64,000 nt of DNA. It comes from Flaccisagitta enflata. Its lineage: Eukaryota. The stretch spans positions 47,802,001-47,866,000 of the forward strand of contig OZ231126.1 of NCBI GenBank assembly GCA_965153355.1, read 5' to 3'. Within the stretch, counting starts at the first letter, position 1. Each line of letters opens with the position of its first letter. The notes under the pieces were generated by a model. The model saw only the letters and a program-made list of their open reading frames with translations. It searched no databases and had not been told where the DNA came from. Below are positions 10,398 through 20,562 of this stretch, piece by piece. A program made the translations under genes and the position numbers.

Positions 10398-11803
10398 TCA
10401 CTTTTCAGTCTCATTCTTTCATTCAGACTTTCAGTCGTAATAGACGGATCATCGATCGGTGGCTGATTTTGCAGCTCTGAATTTATGTTAATGAGAGCCA
10501 AAATTGTTTCATATATTTCATTTCTATTCATACCAATGCTAGACCTCGTCTGAATGCCATTTGCGTCATTCATCTCAATTGCATCTTTTATTTGAAATGC
10601 TACATTCTCAGTTAGCGAGTTCGCAGAGAGCAAATTCTCGCCTTCTATCCTTTTTCCTTCCATGTAAAGTTCATGGAACTGATTTTTATCAAAAGTTTTA
10701 GGCTCAGGAGCCCCGTAGAGATACCAATCCCTAGCTTCTGCCCCTTTCACCTCCTCTATCGTGAACACTTTGTTTTGTTTTGTCTTAATTTCCATAGGTT
10801 TTTTCATTTTATGATACAAATGGCTCAATCTTTCTGCTATTTTGTCCTTTGAATTGTCACATACATGCCTGTTGGCCTTTGCCTTAAAGGCTGGACGAGA
10901 AATTTCAAGAATATCAAAAATGTTTTTTATTTCTTTTATTTTCTCTGTTTCTAGGAATTTTAGTATTCTAGCCTCAGATCTTTTCTGCATCTCCCTTGAT
11001 ACAATTTTAGTTGGATCGGAACACCCACAGTCGATCTCAGATACACCCTCAATAATGGTTTCCTTTTTGGTTGTTATTGCCTCCTGCAATTCGGTCACAA
11101 TTTTGTCAATCAGTTCGAGATAAATCAGATGATTAAAGCCTTGAGAGTTTTCTAATTCTTCTCCCCCCATCACAGCAGCTTCCATCATAGAGGTGAGTAA
11201 GTAAATGCGATCTCTAACAAAAAGCGGTACCTTTGGCTCGATTTTCATGCATTCATCTAACAGTTGTGTCATAGATTGGTGAAACTTTATTTCTAGTTTG
11301 CCTTCTCTATTGATCTCTATTGTCGCGTTATTGCAACGGGATTCCATGAAACATTCTTTCTTTGATACTTCAACCTTACCGTTCGAAGTGCTGTAATCCG
11401 GGTTTACAGGTCCTAACGTCGTTGATGGGGTCCTTTCATCGACGTTAGCAGGGTTTTGACCCTTCGTGGAATCGTGTCGATCCATTGGCGTCTTTTCACT
11501 TACCTGTCTTTTATGTAAAGATATGTCTGACTCTTTTCTCTCAAAGATGCCCAAGTCCATTTGTAAGACTGGTGGGAGAGTCTCAGACATTCCAGGAAAG
11601 ATTCTATGCCTGTCTATGTGATTCACTGTGGTGATCAGCCTAGCAAACCGCACAAGGCACAGAAAAAGATATAAAGATAAAAGAATCAAGAATTTAAACA
11701 AATAAAGGACTGGACTCGGATCGTAAGCGATTAAGAGAAGTCCTATCCCTCCGAGCTGAATCGATAATACAGTGAAAATTGATTCACTTGTCACGCTATT
11801 CAT
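10301..11803 (-). CDS. Retroelement accessory ORF2 (500 aa) with N-terminal hydrophobic/transmembrane segments
   Basis: Long ATG-initiated ORF inside the element. Residues ~8-55 are hydrophobic (IFTVLSIQLGGIGLLLIAY...VLYLFKFLILLSLYLFLCLV); the rest is charged and helical-looking. Confidence 0.8.
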   Translation of the reverse strand: MNSVTSESIFTVLSIQLGGIGLLLIAYDPSPVLYLFKFLILLSLYLFLCLVRFARLITTVNHIDRHRIFPGMSETLPPVLQMDLGIFERKESDISLHKRQVSEKTPMDRHDSTKGQNPANVDERTPSTTLGPVNPDYSTSNGKVEVSKKECFMESRCNNATIEINREGKLEIKFHQSMTQLLDECMKIEPKVPLFVRDRIYLLTSMMEAAVMGGEELENSQGFNHLIYLELIDKIVTELQEAITTKKETIIEGVSEIDCGCSDPTKIVSREMQKRSEARILKFLETEKIKEIKNIFDILEISRPAFKAKANRHVCDNSKDKIAERLSHLYHKMKKPMEIKTKQNKVFTIEEVKGAEARDWYLYGAPEPKTFDKNQFHELYMEGKRIEGENLLSANSLTENVAFQIKDAIEMNDANGIQTRSSIGMNRNEIYETILALININSELQNQPPIDDPSITTESLNERMRLKSEWQRKVWSFFKEWQTQKPLSCKCNLAANTLKK

Positions 11804-11945
11804 AAACGTCTCTGATGTCTACAAATGAACTGGTAGCAACATAAAGTTAAGTAAATGAATATGATTGCTAACACGAATGTTATCAAGGCTGTCTCTATTA
11901 CCGTTGATCTTTCTTTTTCCAGTCTATGAGTAACATTCAAGTTCA

Positions 11946-12212
11946 TTAATAATCCTCGTCCTCAAAAACTATTTGCCTAAACCACTTAAATATTAATCTA
12001 CCGTTTACTTCTTCCAAGCTAAGCAGCTTTTTTATTACCCTTGGTTTACTTCTTAGGACAGGTACTAAGAACGTAGACAGAAACTTACGAATTATACTAG
12101 AGATGAGTGTATTTCCAAAAGAAATAATCTCACTTTTATTTTTTCTTCTTACATGCACGTCTGTCTCAGTACAGATGACTTCTATATTACCGAGTTCAAC
12201 AACTTTACTCAT
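11946..12212 (-). CDS. Retroelement small ORF1 (88 aa), unknown function
   Basis: ATG-initiated, first ORF of 60 aa or more after the PBS, same strand as the element; no recognisable motif. Confidence 0.45.
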   Translation of the reverse strand: MSKVVELGNIEVICTETDVHVRRKNKSEIISFGNTLISSIIRKFLSTFLVPVLRSKPRVIKKLLSLEEVNGRLIFKWFRQIVFEDEDY

Positions 12213-12399
12213 CGCCTAGGAACCGGCAATAAATGTCGTCCTAAAAGGCGATAGAATCTAGGAAAAAGCACTCTTTACTTTAGCTACGACCTTAGGGTGT
12301 TTCACTCTAGATGATCAGGATAAGTCCTTTGATTAGTGTTTATTAAGATTCATCAAATTGCTATTAGGTTGTGTTAATTTATTTAAGCTATACAGTAGT

Positions 12400-12412
12400 A
12401 CCGCTGCCACCA
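12400..12412 (-). promoter_or_regulatory. Primer-binding site, tRNA-Leu type
   Basis: TGGTGGCAGCGGT is complementary to the 3' end ...ACCGCTGCCA-CCA of animal tRNA-Leu(AAG/TAG) and lies just inside the LTR end. Confidence 0.85.
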
Positions 12413-12417
12413 TAAAT

Positions 12418-13050
12418 TGTGTATATATATTAACTTGATCTTACTTAGTTTAATAGGTTCTAGTATAGCTAAAATTTAGTTCAACCTAGTTGTCATAGGG
12501 CAGCAATAATAAGATGTTTTTAAATGCTACAATATGAATTTATTGAATTAAGAAGTTAAGTATATTTAGCATATGATGAATCTTGGTTGTGGTAATAAGT
12601 AGTTTTGAGTTGCTACTAAAGACTAAGACAGAATTTAATTCTGAAGTCTGTCCTAAGGAGAATGGAAGATATAAGAAAAGACAACCTTACTATTTAGACT
12701 TTATCTAGTCTTAGCCAAGATGAATATCTGCTGGCTATAAAGACTGATGGTCTCACAACTTAGTCTATATGAAAACTCAAGACTTGTGATACACCTTAGT
12801 CTCTTTCCTCGAAAGCTCAAGATGAAATTTCTTCCGTCTAGTAGAGCTCAAATCCAGGAAGGATCTCTTCTCAGCTATTGGGGGGGTTTTTATACTACGT
12901 AGCCTTCCACGAGACCGTTGCGTGAAATTTCTCGAAGAGTCACGCAACCGATTTTGGGTTTCCCCAAAATCTAAAAATAGCAACATAGGAATGTTGGTCT
13001 AAGGAGGGTAGAGAGTGGAAGGAGAGAGGGGTTCCAGATTATTTAACACA
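12418..13050 (-). repeat. 5' LTR (~633 bp)
   Basis: Minus strand starts TGTGTTAAAT (13050) and ends ATATATACACA (12418), giving TG...CA inverted termini, with the PBS 5 nt downstream. Contains TATAAAAA (12894-12887) and AATAAA (12544-12539). The second LTR is outside the window, so boundaries are inferred. Confidence 0.8.
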
Positions 13051-13649
13051 TACCCCTCAAAAAAAATTTTGAAAATTTATAGATTCAAAATGTTTTCCAA
13101 AAAAAAATGTGCTTACAAAAATTTTTTAAAAAAATTTTTTTTTTAAAAAAATCAAGATTAAAAAAATTTGTTAAAAAAAAAAAAGCTGTATCAAAAATTT
13201 GTGATAAAATTTTTCTTGAAAAAAATTCTTAAGTCCAGGAAATAATGTTACTAGATACATCATAAATACCCTTATATTTTCTTAACCAATACTCAGAATT
13301 TACTGAAATCTTGCAGGGGAGCTTTAATTGATGCAATAAACCTAAACAACAAGTTTGAACAACATTGGTGGACCTTTACTACCCTTCCCCTATGTAAATT
13401 GCACAAGTCCAAGAATTAATATTACTACAAAAATAATAGGCAAAGGGTATCAAATATTTATGAATGTTGTTGAAAGTTGGTACACAGGTTAGTAATGCCC
13501 CAAAAACAACACTGACCAAGTTTCATCAACATCTGAGTTGTGGTTCTCAAGTTTTTAAGGGTTGACACGACGACGACGAACACACGACTCACTACACGAT
13601 CAAGGCTATGTTATAGTCCTCGACGTAAACTGATCGTCGAGGACAAAAA
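13051..13649 (-). mobile_element. Non-autonomous Helentron/HINE-like element, probably interrupted by the LTR element
   Basis: Minus-strand end TTTTT + 10-bp hairpin GTCCTCGACG/CGTCGAGGAC (13616-13644) + TATA + (GTC)n, the same layout as the other HINE-like copies here. Confidence 0.5.
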
Positions 13650-14039
13650 TCTTTAAGATGAGCGCAATTTGGTTTCTGTAGCTTTAGTCGTTTAGAAGTT
13701 ACAAATAAAAAAATAAACCTATATCCAAAATGATTGATTCTGCAAAGTTAGTTTAAAATATGTGAAACCAAATCATCTTTTACAAAATAAAAAGCTATAC
13801 AGAGAGCTTGAAATATACAAAACTCGAATCATCAGTAAGGTAAAGACATCATATTACCCCCTTGTACTTTCAGTATGAGGTTTTGGTCAATGCCTAGTGA
13901 ATTGATCAATGAATTGCCCAGGTGTCGGTATACTTTTTTCCAAGATTGTAGACGGTATCTACTGTAATTTGAGGAATATGTGACATTTCGGCTTCTTAAC
14001 GACATGATGCCTCATTCATTCCTAAATCTTTTAACACAG

Positions 14040-15246
14040 CTGTTGTTCCGTCCACCACATCTCCGGCGATAAATCGAGGCAAAACCCGCAAAAAGCAATC
14101 CCCGTCCGTCGCGCATCCCGTTGTTCTCAAAGGCTACTTGTCATCACACGGGCGCGATCAGTGGGGGAAACCGAATCGCGTCATCGGTGGCCAAACCAAA
14201 ACCATAATTATCAATCACGATCCTGATCCTGCTCTAGATTTCTACAATACAAAAACGAATCGAACTTTCTTTAAAATCCGCCCATGGGCGCCACACACGC
14301 CCGAACAACACTTTTGCGACAACGTCGAGTGCAGCCTGATCTACGTCCTGTGTGGCTTCTCAATCGTCTTTGTGTCAGCCTTTATCTACATAGCTTGCTG
14401 CGAAAGACGCAAAGTCACTCGTCAAATGCGAGCGCAGCAACGACGACAAATGTTTGATAGACGGGGATCGCAATCGATTTTTACCAGTGACAGCGGCAAC
14501 CTAACCGACATATCCAACGGAGTTGGCGACAGTGGGGAAGTCTTCCATGAACATCCGCCGCCACCGCCATCGTATTGGTCCAGTCAGGGGACAACGCGGC
14601 CCGCTCACTGCGGATATTTCAGAAATTCGTCCAGTTCAAGCACCACGGCTAGTGGTAGGTCGCTGCGATGGTGGCCCATTTCTCTCTGGGACAGTCTGCA
14701 GAATCCACTTCGAACGCTGCAACTGGACGTCCGAGAATTTGTCGACTCAAATCCGCCACAAAGGTAATGACCTATGACTATGAACAGGATCAACATACTA
14801 ACAGACAGAAGCAACTTTAGATAATGAAAAAGACAAAGAAAAAGAAATACGGAGAATGAGACAAAGGAAGAGAGACTTGCGGGGGGGGGGAGCCAAATGA
14901 ACATAAGAGAAACAAGGAAAGAAAATCAGAAAGAAAATAAGAAAACAAGGCCGGTCTAATACACGGCTACCCAAGTCGCGTGTGGGTGGGCAGGAGCGAT
15001 GTTAAAGACTAAATGAGGTCGCCCAAGGGCAATAAGTGGTCGGCGATACCCGTTGCCCTGCTTTGCATGATTGTCAATCGGAGCGAGAGGAAGCAAGACA
15101 GACGGACCACCCAACCAACCAATCGACATAGCAGACCACACAGTTGCCTGCGACATGGCGGATTATAAAGCCGCTTGCACGCGGCTCTTGAGATGAAAAA
15201 AGACCAAGAAACACAAAATCCAGTCATCCAAAGATCACACATGGTC

Positions 15247-15336
<90 letters not shown>

Positions 15337-18300
15337 AACGGAGAGAGAAATTCACTTCCATGACATACATTCCCTCGTATCACATACATTCCTCCGTATC
15401 ACTATGGCAAAATTAAGACATCTTTTTTCACATGGTCTTATTATAACGAACGACTCAAAATCATCCTTGTTTCTAGTCTCACGAGGGACTCATATCGCCT
15501 TCCTCTCGGTGTCTTAAATTGGAAGCAGATTGTGTCGCTGGCTTAGGAAAACCACATGGGAAATCAAAAGAGTTGATCCTAGTCCTCTTCGACATGGAAT
15601 TTCCGCGATAGAAAACCATCCAAAGTCATTCATTTTCTTCTCATCTCTCTCACACCACTCAGCATTTTCTAATTCTAGTCTGTCTCGAGAGAGCCCAAAA
15701 CGCATGAGACTGACATTTATTCAAGGCAACAGCGAAATCGAAAAGTTCTGTTTTCATCCTATTTTTAAGTGCGTCCTCGCACTTCTATAAGAGGTCATGT
15801 CCGTTGGTCAGTCAGTTGGTCGGTCGGTTGGTCGGTCACGCAAACGTTTGCAATGCGCAGAACGGCTGATTTTGACGTATTTCTTCATTACTACGTATCA
15901 CCTTTCATGCCTCACCACATTCATGTTTATTCATTCATTCATTCATTCATATATTCGTTCATTCATCAAAAACGTTCATTCACAAAATCTTAATCAAGCG
16001 AGGTGCACTTATTGGCCTTCACTTGGCCTTGTTTCAATATCACATGCGAATTCTCTTGACTGACTCAATAACTCAACAAAAACTCAACTACATAGCTAAA
16101 ATATCTAATGAGAACTCAACCGACCAACCAACTACTTAACCGATCAGCCATTCGACCAATTGAACAACCAACCGACCGACCGACCCAATTCCACCACAAC
16201 TAACCAGGTAATGAAAGCACCCCGAAAATGAGCAGGAATGACGAGCGAATGACATAATAACTGATTTAACTAAAGCTAGTGAAATATAATAATCACCAAT
16301 AGTAAAATCTGGCGCGATATTCCACAATATTTGCATCTTGATTCTGACAATTTCATTTTGAGTACAGGACGTGAGACCATAAGCCAGAAGAACAAAGGAA
16401 TTAAGCAAAACCTGCTTGTGTTTTCCAGGGCATAGCTTGCATTGACTACAAGGCCGTATGAGTACTATTGGAAGTTAATACAAGTCTTAGACGGACTGAC
16501 AGAAGCGGAAATGTGCGTTTTCATACTTATTCCACTTGAGCATCTTGTCACGACGTACCGACAGACCAAAGGACGGTAAAAAGCCTCATGGGGAGTCGCT
16601 GTCGAGCCACTAAAAATATCGACTACTTGGTTTCCTTTGGTGGATGAAAAGTTAATCTTAGCTATTTTCCGCTTGTCTGCTACCTTGAAGCCAAGCCTCA
16701 GGACGACCGGCGCAGTGGGGACAAAGATGGGGGTTAGTTTTCCATCAGAAATGGCAACAGTTTCTACTGTAGAAACGAGATCCGGCCATCCAACCAAGTG
16801 GAAAGTACAACAACTGTGCTGTCGATGTATTCGATTTCGGTCCAGTCATTTCACTGCAAATGTCTCCACGTTCCATGTGTCAGGACATGTGATTTCTAAG
16901 AAAGGGTTATTCTACGTATCAGGTTTACAGGCATATATTATTGACTTCTCACTGGAGACAAGTGTGTTAGGAACACTGTGTTCCAGATGGTATGCAATCT
17001 ACCTTCTATTTCTCTGCTCTCCTTGGACACGGACTTGTGACTATATAAGAGGCTTTTTATGAACTGTGAGTCCGACCGTACTATGTAACGCCAGAGTGCA
17101 AAAAGGCGCATTCCGCCTCTAGAACCCCCCCCCCCCACAGCGTCTGCGTCGATACTGTAACCGCGCGTTACTATTTAATTTTGTATCCCTTCGCATTACC
17201 TTTTGATTCCGTATTTCTGAGTTAAATTATGCCTTTTCTCAGGCAGCCAATGGCGGTCAACCTTAACGTAGCACATTCCATTCCTCAGCTCTACATCCAA
17301 ATGATAATCAAATGAATTCATGATCGGGTAGAATGACCTCGAAAGGCACCGCCTCGGCAACGCCTGCCTGCCTTTCGCTTCTGTCTGAGATTAATGGTTC
17401 TGTCGCCTCGGCGTTTCTCATTTGCGATCTATTCAATTGTACGGTTTACCGAACGCGCGCGGCAGGGCAGAACAAAAGCCATAATTCACACAAAAGAAAA
17501 GCTGCGTGAATTAAACCGAACAAAAAAAGCAAAGATCTTGTTTTGAATCGCGCACATGCAAAATACTCATCATATGGTATGTATACTATGTATATATCTA
17601 ACACACAAGTCTTTTCACATTACCAAGTCTTTTCACATTACCAAGTCTTTTCACATTACCAAGTCTTTTCACATTACCAAGTCTTTCCACATTACCAAGT
17701 CTTTTCACATTACCAAGTCTTTCCATTACCAAGTCTTTTCATTACCAAGTCTTTTCACACATTACCAAGTCTTTTCACATTACCTTTTCACATTACCATG
17801 TCTTGTTTTTCACATTACCAAGTCTTTTCACATTATTTCATTTTTCACATTACAAGTCTTTTCACATTACCAAGTCTTTTCACATTACCAAGTCTTTTCA
17901 CATTACCAAGTCTTTTCACATTACCAAGTCTTTTCACATTACCAAGTCTTTTCACATTACTAGGTCTTTTCACATTACTAGGTCTTTTCACATTATCCAG
18001 CCTTCCATCCATTGATCTGACACGCAGTCATCGCATAGATCTATTACCCACAAATCCCATTCCTGAGAGTCGTTCGGAATTTCTACCCCTGCCCAACCAC
18101 AACCCGCCCCTTTATTTACCACCAATCCACTTCTTATAACGTTATAAGTAACATCTACCAGGTTCAAAAGCAAGACGTTGCCCGTCAGAACAACATCGTT
18201 CAAGTTAATGATCATTTTTAGTTGCGGACACGCAACTCTATAAGAGGCTTTGTCGGTCTGTTGGTCCATTGGTCCGTGGTCATCGAGTTGAAAAGTGGGA

Positions 18301-20562
18301 AAACGAGCTTTTTTGATACTTTTTGTGTATGTTAGAGTGTTGGCGGTGAGTTGGGGTGTGGCTAGGGGTTGGATGCTCCTGCCCACCTGTCCGCAAGGAT
18401 ATTGTGACCCCGCGTCACTTGTTCTTCCAGGTTTTCCAACTTTTTCCTGAATAGTAAAAGTTCCTCGTTTGTCTTTCTTCTCGTTTCAATTCATTTTGTT
18501 TATTCGTTCGCTCGTGCGCCAGCCAATACCAGAATCTCCTACGCCTTTCTTTCATCCACTATCGTTGAGGTCTTTCTGTCCGTCTATTAAAGGCACGTTG
18601 CACCTTTTTATCTTTGACGTTTTAAGTCGCGTGCCACATTATGGTCCTTCGGTCGGTCGGTCATAAGCAAGTTTTCTACGCCGCCGCTTTCGCCTTACTG
18701 GCTCCCTTTATCATTGCCCCTGCCTACCCACATGCGACAGGGTGCCGGGTGTGCAGCCGGACTGTCTGTATCGCACCGCAAACGATTCATTCTCTAAACA
18801 CCCTCTCCATCCAAAAACCCTCTCCAATCTCCATCCATCCTCTCCCCCGATTTCCCTCTTGCTGTCTCCTGCCTACCTTTCCGTGCTCACGCAGGACGAC
18901 GCCATCGTCTCATAATGTTGATCGACATCTGGTGCCCCAGGAGTGTATCCGCGGCGTTGGTCTTTCTCCGTCGCACTGCATTAACAACGAGAGACGTTCT
19001 CCCCCGCCGCCATATAATACCATTATAGAAACGTCACAAGGTGAGCACAATCCTAGAAATGGAAGAGACAGGAGACAAGTGGTCTGAGCCGTTTAGCGCG
19101 TTACACTGACACTGATTAATTAGCCCAGGCTAGTAGTCGCAGGTTTTCGGCATTGCACTCGATTTTGATTAGAAAGGCTTGTAATGCCACTACAGAAAAA
19201 TCCTAAAAAGTAAAAACATGGGTGAAACAAGAACTGCCAAGAACAAACCGTTAGGAAGAAATTTTAAATAAGAGCGATGAGACCTCTGAAAAAGCAGTAT
19301 CCTGTGCTGTAATGGTAGGTATAATCCAATCGTACAAATACCACCAATCAATAAAGTCCTTAAAAGTATTTTCACATCGTAATCGACCAAAAATTACTTA
19401 TCCCCTAGTTTTTTCTTCAGCTCCATCCGTCCGTCAGTCTAACTGGTAAAAATCATGTCGGTTTTTCATGAGACGGAGAGTTGCATAATAACCAACCACT
19501 AAGGTCATGTACGACTGCATCAAGAAAACAGGCAGCATCTGTCCACTGAATAAAACATGCCTAAAATACTTGGTTCTGGACTAGACCGTAAAAAACCATA
19601 GGCCCCAATAGTGACCTATTGCCTCCCACCCGCACAAGACTGATGGTTTTCAGCCATAGATGGTCAAATGGATAAAAGGAAATCAGGCTCTTAGGCAGAC
19701 ACGGAAGAACGGTGAAGTTAGACAAAGCAAGAGGGTCTCCAAAAGACAATTTTGGCCGGTTAAGAGGGGAGGAAAACGGACAGGCGACAGTAGTGGCTAA
19801 GTGGAGCAGAAAAGGAGAGAAATCTAAGTAAAGATCCATTCACGCGAGGAAAGGGGGGGGGGAGATGGGAGTACCAAGAAGGCAGCATATAGTGATGATG
19901 CTAAGAGGGCGTGAGGGAGAAGAGGGGAAGGCGAGACAAGAGACAGGCCGAGGTTCAACCGCTATCATCGCTCCTATGAATACTAATCATAACTGCCTAG
20001 ATGAGAAAAAAAACTTTCCTTCCTCTTCGCAGCTTCCGAGTACGTGCCTGGAGAAGAGATGAGGGAGAGAAACCCCGCGAGTAATCCATATTTCCAAAGC
20101 TGTGACGACGTCGACGATGGAGACGATGGAGACGATGGAGACGATGACGATCATGATGATGATGGAGAAGACACCAATCCGATCCCCACGCGCGCGCCCA
20201 CGGGATATACGCTAGTCTCAGCCTCGCGGAAACCCCGTCGATATCATCCTCAACGAGTTTCCTCCAGGCGGACAGATGGGCTTCATCCTCCTGTGGGCGG
20301 GGGACATAAAGGACGGAACAAAAGAGAAACGGGCGGAAATGAGAAACGCGAGCAAGAAAAGAAGAAAGACCCGCAAAACCGACAAAGGAGATCGATGGCT
20401 GAAGAATACGCCTTTGAAATCGTACCGCTTGAAGAGGAGGAGGTGGTAGAGGAGGAGGACGACGCCAAAGACGACGGCGCAAAGGGAAACGCCCGCAGAA
20501 TTCCGATCCAAGCGACGTTCAGAAAAACCATTAACAATAAAGAAAAATATTATACGTTGTAG
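14040..20562 (+). CDS. 3' exons of an uncharacterised single-pass membrane protein with two PPxY motifs (exons 14040-14763, 18895-19040, 20033-20562)
   Basis: Three AG/GT-bounded exons join in compatible phases. TM segment LIYVLCGFSIVFVSAFIYIACC followed by basic residues, then PPPPPSY and SPPPPY, an acidic tail, and ...KYYTL*. Start codon not found. Confidence 0.65.
15248..15333. repeat. (GA)n microsatellite
   Basis: Directly visible. Confidence 0.95.
15762..16035 (+). mobile_element. HINE/DINE-1-like non-autonomous element
   Basis: TTTT-hairpin-CTATAAGAGG-(GGTC)n...GGCC hairpin-TTGTT. Confidence 0.55.
17606..17995. repeat. 18-bp minisatellite (CAAGTCTTTTCACATTAC)n, ~21 units
   Basis: Directly visible tandem array. 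Confidence 0.95.
18215..18424 (+). mobile_element. HINE/DINE-1-like non-autonomous element
   Basis: TTTTTAGTTGCGGACACGCAACTCTATAAGAGG...CCTGCCCACC...CTTGTT. Confidence 0.6.

Larger units (their letters stand above)
1..13050 (-). mobile_element. Giant Ty3/gypsy (Metaviridae) LTR retrotransposon, 5' part; 3' end lies left of the window
   Basis: On the minus strand: LTR, PBS, three extra ORFs, gag with CCHC, then pol in the order PR-RT-RNaseH-IN, which is the gypsy order. More than 13 kb long before the integrase has ended. Confidence 0.96.

Noticed and set aside
10301-11803. ORF2 as an env gene
   Set aside because: Wrong position (5' of gag), TM at the N-terminus, and no furin site/fusion peptide/C-terminal anchor pattern recognised.
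12400-12412. tRNA gene
   Set aside because: Only a 13-nt match to a tRNA 3' end including CCA; this is a PBS, with no cloverleaf.
17543-18139. Repetitive ORFs (QVFSHY / ITKSFH)n
   Set aside because: Translations of an 18-bp intronic minisatellite.
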